A stretch of 64,000 nucleotides of DNA from Planctomycetota bacterium (GTDB lineage: Bacteria; Planctomycetota; UBA1135; UBA2386): assembly GCA_046306335.1 (NCBI GenBank), contig JBKDXM010000150.1, positions 30,641-94,640 of the forward strand. Reading direction: 5' to 3'. Shown one piece after another: positions 28,703 to 37,706 of the stretch. Position 1 is the stretch's first letter, and each line of letters starts with the position of its first letter. Position numbers and translations under genes: made by a program. The notes beneath the pieces are model-generated. The model worked only from the letters and a program-made list of their open reading frames with translations. It made no database searches and had not been told where the DNA came from.

Positions 28703-29818
28703 TCACGGGACGCGCGCCGATCCGGTGCGTGGAGTCGCGATCGCCGCGCGCCACGCGGCGACGTGCCCTTCGGCGGCCGTCGACCAGCAGAAGCCGGCGA
28801 CCCGGCGCGGTCCGGCGGCGGCGAGGCGGGCGCGCAGCGCCTCGTCGCCGAGCACGGCGGCGAGCGCGTCGGCGACGGCGAGCGCGTCGAGGCGCGGCAG
28901 GCGGATCGCGGCGTCGCCGCACAGTTCGGGCAGCGAACTGACGTCGCTGACCACGGTCGGCACGCCAGCGGCGAGCGCATCGGCGACGGCGAGGCCGAAG
29001 CCTTCGTACGCCGACGGCGAGCAGAAGGCGTCGGCGAGCGCGTAGATCGCCGCGAGATCGGCCGGCGCGGCGTGCGGGATGCGCACCGCGGTGGCATCGG
29101 CGCGCAGCGCCGCCAGCGCGGCGTCGGCGCGCCAGCCGTCGCGGCCGACGACGACGACGCGGTGGGGGAAGCCGCGGCGGCGTAGTTCCTGGACGCCGGC
29201 GACGACGAGGTCGACGTTCTTGCGCGCCTGCACGGTGCCGACGTGCAGCACGAAGCGCTCGGGCAGGCCCAGCCGCTGCCGCGCCGCGGCCAGCGTCGCC
29301 GCGTCCGGCCGCGGGGCGGCGTCGATGCCGTGCGGGACGACGTGGATGCGGCCGGCGCTGGCCGGGTGGATGCGGCGCAGGTCCGCGGCCGTCGCCTGCG
29401 ACGGCACGACGATCGCGCGCGCGCGGCGCACCGCGTCGGCGGTCGCGGCCCTGAGGAAGGCGCGCGAGAAGCGTCCGAACGTCGTCGGCGTCGTGTGGTA
29501 GGCGAGGTCGTGCACGGTCACGGCCGCCGGGCACGGCAGCAGGAACGGCAGCGCGTTCTTGGTGTCGTGGAAGACGTCGGGTCGCAGCCGGCGCACGGCG
29601 CGCGGCACGGCGACGTACTGCCAGCGCAGGCGGTCGACGCCGCCGCGCGTCGGCAGCGGCACGACCTCGACGCCGGGGAAGTCGCCCGGCCGGTCGGTCA
29701 ACACGCTGACGCGCACGTCGTCGCGCGCCGCCAGCGCGGCGCCAAGGCGCCGGGCATACGTCGCCGGCCCGCCGACCGGTCCGCACAGCGCTGCGATCGC
29801 CACGTGCAGGCGCGTCAC
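28703..29818 (-). CDS. Glycosyltransferase family 4 (MtfB/WbdA-like)
   Basis: VTVHDL, HVGTVQARKN, PSAYEGFGL..ADA.A.GVP, SSLPE. GTG overlaps the upstream stop. Confidence 0.9.
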   Translation of the reverse strand: MTRLHVAIAALCGPVGGPATYARRLGAALAARDDVRVSVLTDRPGDFPGVEVVPLPTRGGVDRLRWQYVAVPRAVRRLRPDVFHDTKNALPFLLPCPAAVTVHDLAYHTTPTTFGRFSRAFLRAATADAVRRARAIVVPSQATAADLRRIHPASAGRIHVVPHGIDAAPRPDAATLAAARQRLGLPERFVLHVGTVQARKNVDLVVAGVQELRRRGFPHRVVVVGRDGWRADAALAALRADATAVRIPHAAPADLAAIYALADAFCSPSAYEGFGLAVADALAAGVPTVVSDVSSLPELCGDAAIRLPRLDALAVADALAAVLGDEALRARLAAAGPRRVAGFCWSTAAEGHVAAWRAAIATPRTGSARVP

Positions 29819-31137
29819 ACAGGGCCTCCGGCGCGCGCGTACGCGGCGACCCAGAGATCCCGCGCGAACGGCAGGTCGGCGGCGCAGCCGGCGCGGGCGA
29901 AGCCGTGCGCCGCGAAGCTCGCGTCGACGGCACCGAGCGTGCGCGCGTGGCGCTGCGATGGTCGCCCGAGCCACTGCGCGACCGTCCGGCGCAGGTGGTG
30001 GGCGCTGCAGGGGTGGAAGAAGCTGACGACGACGAACGACCGCGCGACGCGGCAGCACTCGGCGATGACGCGGTCGCTGGCGGTGCGGTCGAGGTGGTGC
30101 AGGAAGCGGAAGCTCACGACGCCGTCGACGCAGCGGTCGGCGAACGGCATCGCCAGCGCGTCGGCCAGCGCCTGTGGCGTGCCGCCGTGGCCGGCCGCCG
30201 CCTCCCGCAGCATCGCCAGCGAGCCGTCGGCCTGGAGCACGCGCGCGCTGAACTCGTCCGTCAGCAGCGGCCACAGGCGGCCCGCACCGCACGGCAGGTC
30301 GAGCACCGAGGCGCCGCGTGCGCCGGGCCAGACCTGCCGCAGCAGCCGCAGTTCGCGGGCGTGGCGCGTCGGCCCCCGGCCGGCGTAGGCGGCGCTCTTG
30401 CCCGGGACGTCGTAGCGCAGCGCCGTCGACCACGGCGCTTGCCCCGCCAGCAGTCGGCGGCGGGCGGCGCGCGAGCAGCCCGCCGCGCGCAGCAGGCTGG
30501 CAGCGCAGCGCAGGGCCGTGCGCGGCGCCAGCGCGACGCCGCGCATCGATCCGCGGCATCGCCGCAGCACCCGGCGCAACAGGCGCGTCGGCGGCGGGCC
30601 AGCGCTGGCGAGCGTGCCGTTGTGCAGGTCGAGCACCGCGAAGCCGCCGTCGGGGGCGACGAAGACGTGGTCGGCGCTGAGGTCCGGCAGGTGGAACCCG
30701 GCTGCGAGCAGGCAGCCGGCGTGCCGCACGGCGCGCTGCAGCAGGCCGCCGTCGACGCCGTGCGCGAGCGCATCGGCCAGCGACCGCCCCGGCAGCGCGG
30801 CGCACAGGTAGTACGCCGCCGCGCCGGCGCGGCCCATGGCGATCGGCCGGGGCGCGGCGTGGCCGCTCGCGCGCAAGGCGAGCGTCATCGCGCATTCGCG
30901 GCCGGCGTCGTCGGCGGCACGCGGCGGCGTCAGCGCGAAACGCAGCCGGTTCTTCCACTGCGTCCGCCGGAAGCGCTTGAGGAAGTACCGCCCGAGCGGC
31001 GTGTCGAGGCGCAGCACGTCGCGGAGGCGGTTGCGCGGTCCCGCCGGCGACGCCGGCAGCGCCGACACGGCCGCGAGCGAGCCGAAGGCGGCGCGTTCGC
31101 GCGGGTCTTCGGTCAGCAACGTCCAGGCGTCCGCCAC
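29815..31137 (-). CDS. Kdo/WaaP(InaA)-like kinase fused to a C-terminal class I SAM methyltransferase
   Basis: N-half YFLKRF, RE, P.PIA, HLPDL..DHVFV, VLDL. C-half VLDLPCGAGRL, ADGS..ML, DAL.MPFAD...D.V..FRFLHH. Confidence 0.72.
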   Translation of the reverse strand: MADAWTLLTEDPRERAAFGSLAAVSALPASPAGPRNRLRDVLRLDTPLGRYFLKRFRRTQWKNRLRFALTPPRAADDAGRECAMTLALRASGHAAPRPIAMGRAGAAAYYLCAALPGRSLADALAHGVDGGLLQRAVRHAGCLLAAGFHLPDLSADHVFVAPDGGFAVLDLHNGTLASAGPPPTRLLRRVLRRCRGSMRGVALAPRTALRCAASLLRAAGCSRAARRRLLAGQAPWSTALRYDVPGKSAAYAGRGPTRHARELRLLRQVWPGARGASVLDLPCGAGRLWPLLTDEFSARVLQADGSLAMLREAAAGHGGTPQALADALAMPFADRCVDGVVSFRFLHHLDRTASDRVIAECCRVARSFVVVSFFHPCSAHHLRRTVAQWLGRPSQRHARTLGAVDASFAAHGFARAGCAADLPFARDLWVAAYARAGGPV

Positions 31138-31165
31138 GGCGGGGCAACGTAGCGCGGCGGCGCGC

Positions 31166-31194
31166 TTGCCGCACCGGCGCGGTCGGTCCATGAT
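31166..31194 (+). promoter_or_regulatory. Putative sigma70 promoter giving a leaderless adenosine deaminase mRNA
   Basis: TTGCCG-N17-CATGAT-N6-ATG, with no SD. Confidence 0.5.
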
Positions 31195-31200
31195 TGCGGC

Positions 31201-32451
31201 ATGGGCAAGCCGAGCCTGTCGCGCGAGTTGATCGCGCGCCTGCCGAAGTCCGACCTCCACCTGCACCTCGACGGCAGCCTGCGGTTGCCGACCTTGATCG
31301 AGCTGGCGCGCCAGCACAAGGTCGCGTTGCCGAGCCGCACGCCGGAGGGCCTGCTGGAACTCGTGTTCAAGCGCGCCTATCGCAACCTGCCGGAGTACCT
31401 CAAGGGCTTCGAGTTCACGGTCGCCTGCCTGCAGGACGCCGAGTCGCTGGAGCGCGCGGCCTTCGAGCTGTGCCTCGACTGCCGCGCCGAGAACGTCTTC
31501 TACGCCGAGATCCGCTTCGCGCCGCAGTTGCACGTCCGCGGCGACTTCCGCGTGCGCGACGTGCTGCGCGCCGTCTGCAAGGGCATCGAACGCGCCAAGA
31601 AGCGCATCAACGCCGACCCCGAGGTCAAGCGCGGCCTCGTGCCCCGGTTCGAGGCCGGCGTCATCGTCTGCGCTTTGCGGTTCTTCCTGCCGCAGTTCAG
31701 CGAGCACTACCGCGCGTACTTCGAGGCGCTGCCGACGGCCCCGGCGGCGGAGATCTACGCGCTCGCCTCGCTGGAGCTGGCGCGCGCCGCCGTGGCCGCG
31801 GCCGAGGACGAGGGCCTGCCCGTCGTCGGCTTCGACCTCGCCGGCCAGGAGCGCGGGTTCCCGGCCAAGGACCATCAGGCGGCCTACCAGCTCGCGCACG
31901 AGCACTTCCTCGGCAAGACGGTGCACGCCGGCGAAGACTACGGGCCGGAGTCGATCTTCCAGGCGATCACCGACTGCCACGCCGACCGCATCGGGCACGG
32001 CACGTGGCTGTTCAGCCCGCGCCACATCCGCGACCGGTCGATCCGCGACAAGCGCGCGTTCATCGGCAAGCTGGCGCGCTACGTCGCCGAGCGCCGCATC
32101 ACCCTGGAGGTCTGCCTGACCAGCAACCAGCAGACGATCCCGGAACTGCGCGACGACCTCGGCAGGCATCCGTTCCGCAAGATGCGCGAGGCGCGCTGCA
32201 GCGTGACGCTGTGCACCGACAACCGCCTGGTGTCGCGCACGACGATGACCGACGAGTGCGACAAGGCCGTGCAGGCGTTCGATCTCGACGCGCGCGCCCT
32301 CAAGGACGTGCTGATCTACGGCTTCAAGCGCTCGTTCTTCCCCGGTCCGTATCCGCACAAGCGCGAGTGGGTGCGGTCGGTGCTCAACCACATGGAGGAC
32401 CGCTTCGCCGAGGCCGGTCACGACGTGCGGGCCGGCCGCCGGCCGTTGTGA
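31201..32451 (+). CDS. add: Adenosine deaminase family protein
   Basis: LPKSDLHLHLDGS, YAEIRFAP, VVGFDLAG.E, TVHAGE, RIGHG, EVCLTSN, TDN. Confidence 0.92.
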   Translation: MGKPSLSRELIARLPKSDLHLHLDGSLRLPTLIELARQHKVALPSRTPEGLLELVFKRAYRNLPEYLKGFEFTVACLQDAESLERAAFELCLDCRAENVFYAEIRFAPQLHVRGDFRVRDVLRAVCKGIERAKKRINADPEVKRGLVPRFEAGVIVCALRFFLPQFSEHYRAYFEALPTAPAAEIYALASLELARAAVAAAEDEGLPVVGFDLAGQERGFPAKDHQAAYQLAHEHFLGKTVHAGEDYGPESIFQAITDCHADRIGHGTWLFSPRHIRDRSIRDKRAFIGKLARYVAERRITLEVCLTSNQQTIPELRDDLGRHPFRKMREARCSVTLCTDNRLVSRTTMTDECDKAVQAFDLDARALKDVLIYGFKRSFFPGPYPHKREWVRSVLNHMEDRFAEAGHDVRAGRRPL

Positions 32452-32505
32452 AACCGGTACGTCCGCGCGCCTTGCGCGGACCCCGGTCGCGGCCATGATG
32501 CGGCG

Positions 32506-33651
32506 ATGCTCCGCGCCCTCGCCGCCGTCGCCGTCTGCTCGCTGCTCGCCGCCCAGGAAGGCCAGCCGCCCGCCGCCAAGGTGGACTTCCAGGAGCAGGT
32601 CGCGCCGATCCTGCTGGAGCGGTGCATCGAGTGCCACGGTCCCAAGGCCCAGAAGGGCGACCTGCGGCTCGACGCCAAGGCACACCTCTTCGCCGGCGAC
32701 CAGGAGGACTGGAACGTCCTGCCGGGCAAACCCGACGAGAGCGAACTGCTGCGCCGGTTGGGCCTGCCGGTCGGCGACGACGAGCTCATGCCGGAGAAGG
32801 GCGAGCCGCTGGGCAAGGACCAGCAGGCGCTGATCCGCCGCTGGATCGCCGAGGGCGCCGATTGGCCGGCCAGCGGCGACGAGTGGTTCGCCAAGGCGAT
32901 CGCGGCGCAGGTCATCCCCAAGATCACGTTCGAACTGCCTGATGTCGGCAGCGGCGAGCAGGCGGCGATCGACGCCGCCGTGGCCGAGCTGAAGCAGCGC
33001 GGCGCGGTGGTGCAGCAGGTCGCCGCCGACACGCCGGCGATCGACGTCAACCTCTCGCTGCTGCGCGACAAGGTGACCGACGCGGACCTCGCGCTGCTGG
33101 TGCCGCTGCAGAAGCGCCTCGTCTGGCTCAACCTGTCGCGCACCGCCGTCAGCGACGCCGGCCGCGCGAGCCTGCAGCAGCTGACGCAGCTGCGCCGGCT
33201 GCACGTGGCCAACACGCAGTTGACCGATGCGACGTTCGGTGCGCTCGACGGCCTCGCGCACCTGGAGTACGTCAACGCCTACGCCACCGGCCTCGGCGAC
33301 GACGGCCTCGCCAAGCTGGCCGGGCTGCCGAAGGCGGCGCGGATCTACGCGTGGCAGAGCAAGGTGACGGCGGCGGCGGCGCAGGCCGCGCGCGCGGCGA
33401 AGCCGCAGTTGCTGGTCGATCTCGGCGACTACGTCGAAGCGCGGCTCGCTGCCGCGCAGAAGGAGATCGCCGACCGCGCCGAGCGCAACAAGCCGGTCAA
33501 CGACGTCTGCCCGGTGGCCGACAAGCCGGTCGATCCGAACCAGAGCATCGAGCACGACGGCCGCCGCATCGCGTTCTGCTGCGGCAAGTGCAAGGCGGCG
33601 TTCGAGAAGGAGCCGGCGAAGTTCCTCGCCAAGCTGCCGCCGAAGAAGTGA
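32506..33651 (+). CDS. Exported planctomycete-type cytochrome c domain + leucine-rich repeats + YHS/TRASH-like domain
   Basis: Signal peptide, VDF...V.PIL..RCIECHG...KGDLRLD...MP...I.RWI.EGA, LRR-like L.WLNLSRT.VSD.G, and CPVADKPV...FCCGKC. Confidence 0.82.
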   Translation: MLRALAAVAVCSLLAAQEGQPPAAKVDFQEQVAPILLERCIECHGPKAQKGDLRLDAKAHLFAGDQEDWNVLPGKPDESELLRRLGLPVGDDELMPEKGEPLGKDQQALIRRWIAEGADWPASGDEWFAKAIAAQVIPKITFELPDVGSGEQAAIDAAVAELKQRGAVVQQVAADTPAIDVNLSLLRDKVTDADLALLVPLQKRLVWLNLSRTAVSDAGRASLQQLTQLRRLHVANTQLTDATFGALDGLAHLEYVNAYATGLGDDGLAKLAGLPKAARIYAWQSKVTAAAAQAARAAKPQLLVDLGDYVEARLAAAQKEIADRAERNKPVNDVCPVADKPVDPNQSIEHDGRRIAFCCGKCKAAFEKEPAKFLAKLPPKK

Positions 33652-33708
33652 GGCCGGCGGCCCCGGAGCGGGCTGCGCCGGAAGCCGGCGCGCGCCGTGT
33701 ACCGGCGA

Positions 33709-34200
33709 TCAGTGGTGGTGGCCGCCCGGGCCATGCGCGTGCCCGTGCTTCTTCTCCTCGGGCGTGGCGCGGCGGACGTCGACGACCTCGATCGCGAAGT
33801 TGAGCCGCTGGCCGGCCATCGGGTGGTTCGAGGTGATGGTGACGGTGTCGGGCTTCACCTCGCGCACGAACACGGTCATCGCCCGGCCGTCGCGGCCGCG
33901 CGTCTGGAACGCCATGCCGACCTGTACGTCGGCGTCGGCCGGGAACTGGTTGCGCGGCACCGCCTGCTCGGCGGCCGGGTCGTACTCGCCGTAGCCTTCG
34001 TTGGCGGGCACCACGCAGTCGACCTTGTCGCCGACCTTGCGGCCGGCCAGCTGCCGCTCGAGGCCCGGCACGATGTTCTGCGCGCCGTGAAGGTAGACGA
34101 GCGGTTCCCCGCCCAGGGACTGGTCGGCGACGCTGCCGTCGTCGAGCGTGAGCTTGTAGTGGATGGTGACGACGTGGCCGTCGGCGATCGCGGGTTTCAT
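33709..34200 (-). CDS. slyD: FKBP-type peptidyl-prolyl isomerase SlyD
   Basis: V.IHYKL, YLHG..NIVPGLE, YG, NHPMAG..LNF, His-rich tail HGHAHGPGGHHH. Confidence 0.95.
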   Translation of the reverse strand: MKPAIADGHVVTIHYKLTLDDGSVADQSLGGEPLVYLHGAQNIVPGLERQLAGRKVGDKVDCVVPANEGYGEYDPAAEQAVPRNQFPADADVQVGMAFQTRGRDGRAMTVFVREVKPDTVTITSNHPMAGQRLNFAIEVVDVRRATPEEKKHGHAHGPGGHHH

Positions 34201-34419
34201 CGGGGCGGAGAGCCTAGGCGGCGGCCCGGGACCGCGACAGACCCCGCAGCCGGATTCCCCCGCCGCCGTTGCCACCGGCGCGCCGCCGCGCACGGATCGT
34301 TCGACACCGGTGTCGGCGCAGTCGGGCTGCGGAGTTCGCGGTGGGTCCCTCTGCGCATGGGCGCGGCCGATGCCGCCGCCGATGCCGGTCGAGGCGGGAG
34401 CGCGCCGCGAGGAACGACC

Positions 34420-34857
34420 ATGACGCGGATCGAGTGGAAGGCGGAATACGAACTCGGGGTGCCGGCGATGGACGCCGAGCACAGGGAACTGATCGCGGCG
34501 ATGAACCGCGTGCGCGAACTGGCCGGGCAGGCCGCGGCGAGGTCGCAAATCGAAGCCGCGCTGCAGCGGCTGGTCGCCCTGACCAAGAAGCACTTCGCCG
34601 ACGAGGAGGCGCACATGGCGAGGTTCCAGTACGGCGACCGCACGCGCCACCGGCTCATCCACCAGGAAATGCTGCGCCGCGTCGGCGGCTATCGCGACCG
34701 GTTCCGCGCCGGCGACGGCAAGGTGTCCCGAGAGTTCTGCGACTTCCTGGTCCACGGGCTCGCTGCGCACCTCACCGGCATCGACCGCGAGTACGCGTCG
34801 ACGCTGCTGGCGACGACGAACCCGCAGCCCGCCGCTGCGCAGCGGCTGCGCGGCTGA
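34420..34857 (+). CDS. Bacteriohemerythrin
   Basis: W...Y.LG...MD.EH, HFADEE, H...H, H....D: all di-iron ligands are present. GAGG SD upstream. Confidence 0.88.
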   Translation: MTRIEWKAEYELGVPAMDAEHRELIAAMNRVRELAGQAAARSQIEAALQRLVALTKKHFADEEAHMARFQYGDRTRHRLIHQEMLRRVGGYRDRFRAGDGKVSREFCDFLVHGLAAHLTGIDREYASTLLATTNPQPAAAQRLRG

Positions 34858-34937
34858 GGCTGCGACCTCGGCTCGGGGCTTCCTTCGGTCGCGCCGATCG
34901 TCCACACTGCGCGGCGTTCCTACCCCTCGCCGCCCCG

Positions 34938-36590
34938 TTGAGCGCAGAAGCCTTTCGCCGCCTCCTGCTGGAGGCCAACGTCCTCGATCGCGAACGCCTC
35001 GCCAAGGCCGAAGCCGCTTCGGCGTCGCGCGGCACGGCCCTCGAGCGCACGATCGTCGCGCTCGGCCTCGCCGACGAAGCCGCCGTCTGGCGCGTGCTCG
35101 CCAAGGCGCACGGCCTCAAGTTCGTCGATCCCGCGAAGTACGCGCCGAACGCCGACGCCCTGAAGCGCGTGCCGAAGGAGCAGATCGAGCAGAACGAGGC
35201 GCTGCCGGTCGTGGTGAAGGACGGCGTGCTGTTCGTCGCCATCGACGACCCGTTGCGCACGTTCGTCGCCGACAACCTGTCGTTCCTCGCCGGCTGCCCG
35301 GTCGAGTGCGCGCTGATGCCGCCGCAGGCGCTGAAGCAGGCGCTGCGCAAGGCCGCGGGCAGCGCCGGTGGCGACGCCGGGCGCGCGGCGGCGCCGGCCG
35401 GCAAGGACGCCGGCGGCGAGGACGCGCCGATCATCCGCCTCGTCGGCAAGACCATCGACGACGCGCTGACCGCGCGCGCCAGCGACATCCCCGTCGAGCC
35501 GTTCCAGCAGCGCGTCCGCATCCGCTACCGCGTCGACGGCGTGCTCAAGGAGGTCGCCTCGCTGGAGGCCGCGCTGCTCGCGCCGGTGACGTCGCGCCTG
35601 AAGATCATGGCCGGCCTCGACATCGCCGAGAAGCGCAAGCCGCAGGACGGCCGCATCTCCTTCAAGGCGTCCGGCGGCCGCGACATCGACATCCGCACCT
35701 CGGTGCTGCCGGGCAGCCACGGCGAGACGATCGTGATGCGCCTGCTCGACAAGGAGCGCGGCCTGATGAGCCTGCAGGCGCTCGGCTTCGAGGGCCGCGA
35801 CCGCGAGCGCTTCCAGTCGGTGATCGGCCGGCCCAACGGCATCGTGCTGGTCACCGGCCCGACCGGCTCGGGCAAGACGACGACGCTCTACGCCGCGCTG
35901 CAGGAGCTCAACCGGCCCGACGTCAAGATCATCACGGCCGAGGACCCGGTCGAGTTCAACATCCGCGGCATCAACCAGTGCCAGGTCAAGTCGCGCATCG
36001 GCCTGACCTTCGCCCGCATCCTGCGCGCGATGCTGCGCCAGGCGCCGAACGTGATCCTGGTCGGCGAAATCCGCGACAAGGAGACCGCCGAGATCGCCGT
36101 GCAGGCGGCGCTGACCGGCCACCTCGTGTTCAGCACGCTGCACACCAACGACAGCGCGTCGGCGATCACGCGCCTCGTCGACATGGGCGTCAAGCCGTTC
36201 CTCGTCGCCGCGTCGGTGCAGGCAGTGCTGGCGCAGCGGCTGCTGCGCGTCGTCTGCAAGCAGTGCCGCCAGCCGTACGAGCCCACGCCGACCGAACTGC
36301 GCAGCGTCGGCATCGACGCTGGGCGCGCGCGCGAGGCGACCTTCTACCGGGCCGAGGGCTGCGAGGCCTGCGGCCACTCCGGCTACAAGGGGCGGCTCGG
36401 CATCTACGAACTGCTGCAGCTCGACAACACGCTGCGCGAGATGACGTTCCGCGGCGAACCGATGGTCAGGCTGCGCGAGTACGCGTGGCAGTCGGGCGGC
36501 ATGTCGACGCTGCTGCAGGACGGCGTGCGCAAGGTGATGCAGGGCATGACCACGATCCCCGAACTGCTGCGCGTCGTCGCCGCGCAGTGA
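34938..36590 (+). CDS. GspE/PilB-family assembly ATPase (copy 1)
   Basis: PQDGR, Walker [16 protein letters not shown], Walker [16 protein letters not shown], two CxxC. Start uncertain (TTG34938). Confidence 0.9.
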   Translation: MSAEAFRRLLLEANVLDRERLAKAEAASASRGTALERTIVALGLADEAAVWRVLAKAHGLKFVDPAKYAPNADALKRVPKEQIEQNEALPVVVKDGVLFVAIDDPLRTFVADNLSFLAGCPVECALMPPQALKQALRKAAGSAGGDAGRAAAPAGKDAGGEDAPIIRLVGKTIDDALTARASDIPVEPFQQRVRIRYRVDGVLKEVASLEAALLAPVTSRLKIMAGLDIAEKRKPQDGRISFKASGGRDIDIRTSVLPGSHGETIVMRLLDKERGLMSLQALGFEGRDRERFQSVIGRPNGIVLVTGPTGSGKTTTLYAALQELNRPDVKIITAEDPVEFNIRGINQCQVKSRIGLTFARILRAMLRQAPNVILVGEIRDKETAEIAVQAALTGHLVFSTLHTNDSASAITRLVDMGVKPFLVAASVQAVLAQRLLRVVCKQCRQPYEPTPTELRSVGIDAGRAREATFYRAEGCEACGHSGYKGRLGIYELLQLDNTLREMTFRGEPMVRLREYAWQSGGMSTLLQDGVRKVMQGMTTIPELLRVVAAQ

Positions 36591-36641
36591 CGCGACCCGC
36601 CGCGAACCGCATCGAACCAGGAACCCGCACAAGGACTCGCA

Positions 36642-37703
36642 ATGGACGTCTTCGCATTGATGGACGAGGCGCACGGCCGCGGCGCATCCGACCTGCACCT
36701 GTCGGTCGGCCGCCCGCCGGTGATGCGGCTCTCGGGCTCGCTCGTCGAGGTCGGTGACGCGCCGCTGACGCCCCAGGACACCGAGGCGATGGCCAAGTCG
36801 GTGACGCCGCCGCGCAACTGGGACGAACTGCAGAAGGTCGGCACCACCGACTTCGGCTACGCCCACCGCGACAAGTGCCGCTTCCGCATCAGCGTCCTGA
36901 CGCAGAAGGGCACCCGCGGCATCGTCATGCGGCAGATCCCGCAGAAGCTGCTGACCTTCGAGCAGATCGGCCTGCCCGAGTCGGTGCAGCAGCTGCTGAC
37001 GCTGCATCGCGGGCTCGTCCTGGTCACCGGCCCGACCGGCAGCGGCAAGTCGACGACGCTCGCGACGATGATCGACTGGATCAACCGCAACCGCGACTGC
37101 CACATCATCACGATCGAGGACCCGGTCGAGTACTACCACACGCACAAGAAGTCGCAGGTCACGCAGCGCGAGGTCGGCACCGACGTGACGACCTTCGCCG
37201 AGGCGATGCGCCGCGCGCTGCGCCAGGACCCCGACGTGATCCTGCTGGGCGAGATGCGCGACCTGGAGACGACGTCGGCGGCGATCACCGCGGCCGAGAC
37301 CGGGCACCTCGTGTTCGGAACGCTGCACACGACCGGCGCTGCGCGCACCGTCGATCGCATCATCGACCAGTACCCGCGCGAGGCGCAGGAGCAGATCCGC
37401 TCGCAGCTGGCGCAGTCGCTGGTCGCGGTCATCTCGCAGATCCTGATGCCGGCGGCCAGCGGCGGCCGCGTGGCGGCGTTCGAGATCATGCTGAGCAACC
37501 CGGCGATCGAGAACCACAGCCGCAAGTGCGAGACGTTCAAGATCCCGTCCGTGCTGCAGACGAGCCGCCGCCAGGGCATGGTGCTGATGGACGACTGCCT
37601 GCTCGACCTGTGGCGCGCCGGCCGCATCACCAAGGAGGAGGCGATGGAGCGGTCGTTCGACCGCAAGGCGCTGGCCGTCCGCATGGGCGGGGCGGCGGAG
37701 TAG
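36642..37703 (+). CDS. pilT: Type IV pilus retraction ATPase PilT
   Basis: [65 protein letters not shown]. Confidence 0.93.
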   Translation: MDVFALMDEAHGRGASDLHLSVGRPPVMRLSGSLVEVGDAPLTPQDTEAMAKSVTPPRNWDELQKVGTTDFGYAHRDKCRFRISVLTQKGTRGIVMRQIPQKLLTFEQIGLPESVQQLLTLHRGLVLVTGPTGSGKSTTLATMIDWINRNRDCHIITIEDPVEYYHTHKKSQVTQREVGTDVTTFAEAMRRALRQDPDVILLGEMRDLETTSAAITAAETGHLVFGTLHTTGAARTVDRIIDQYPREAQEQIRSQLAQSLVAVISQILMPAASGGRVAAFEIMLSNPAIENHSRKCETFKIPSVLQTSRRQGMVLMDDCLLDLWRAGRITKEEAMERSFDRKALAVRMGGAAE

Positions 37704-37706
37704 CGC

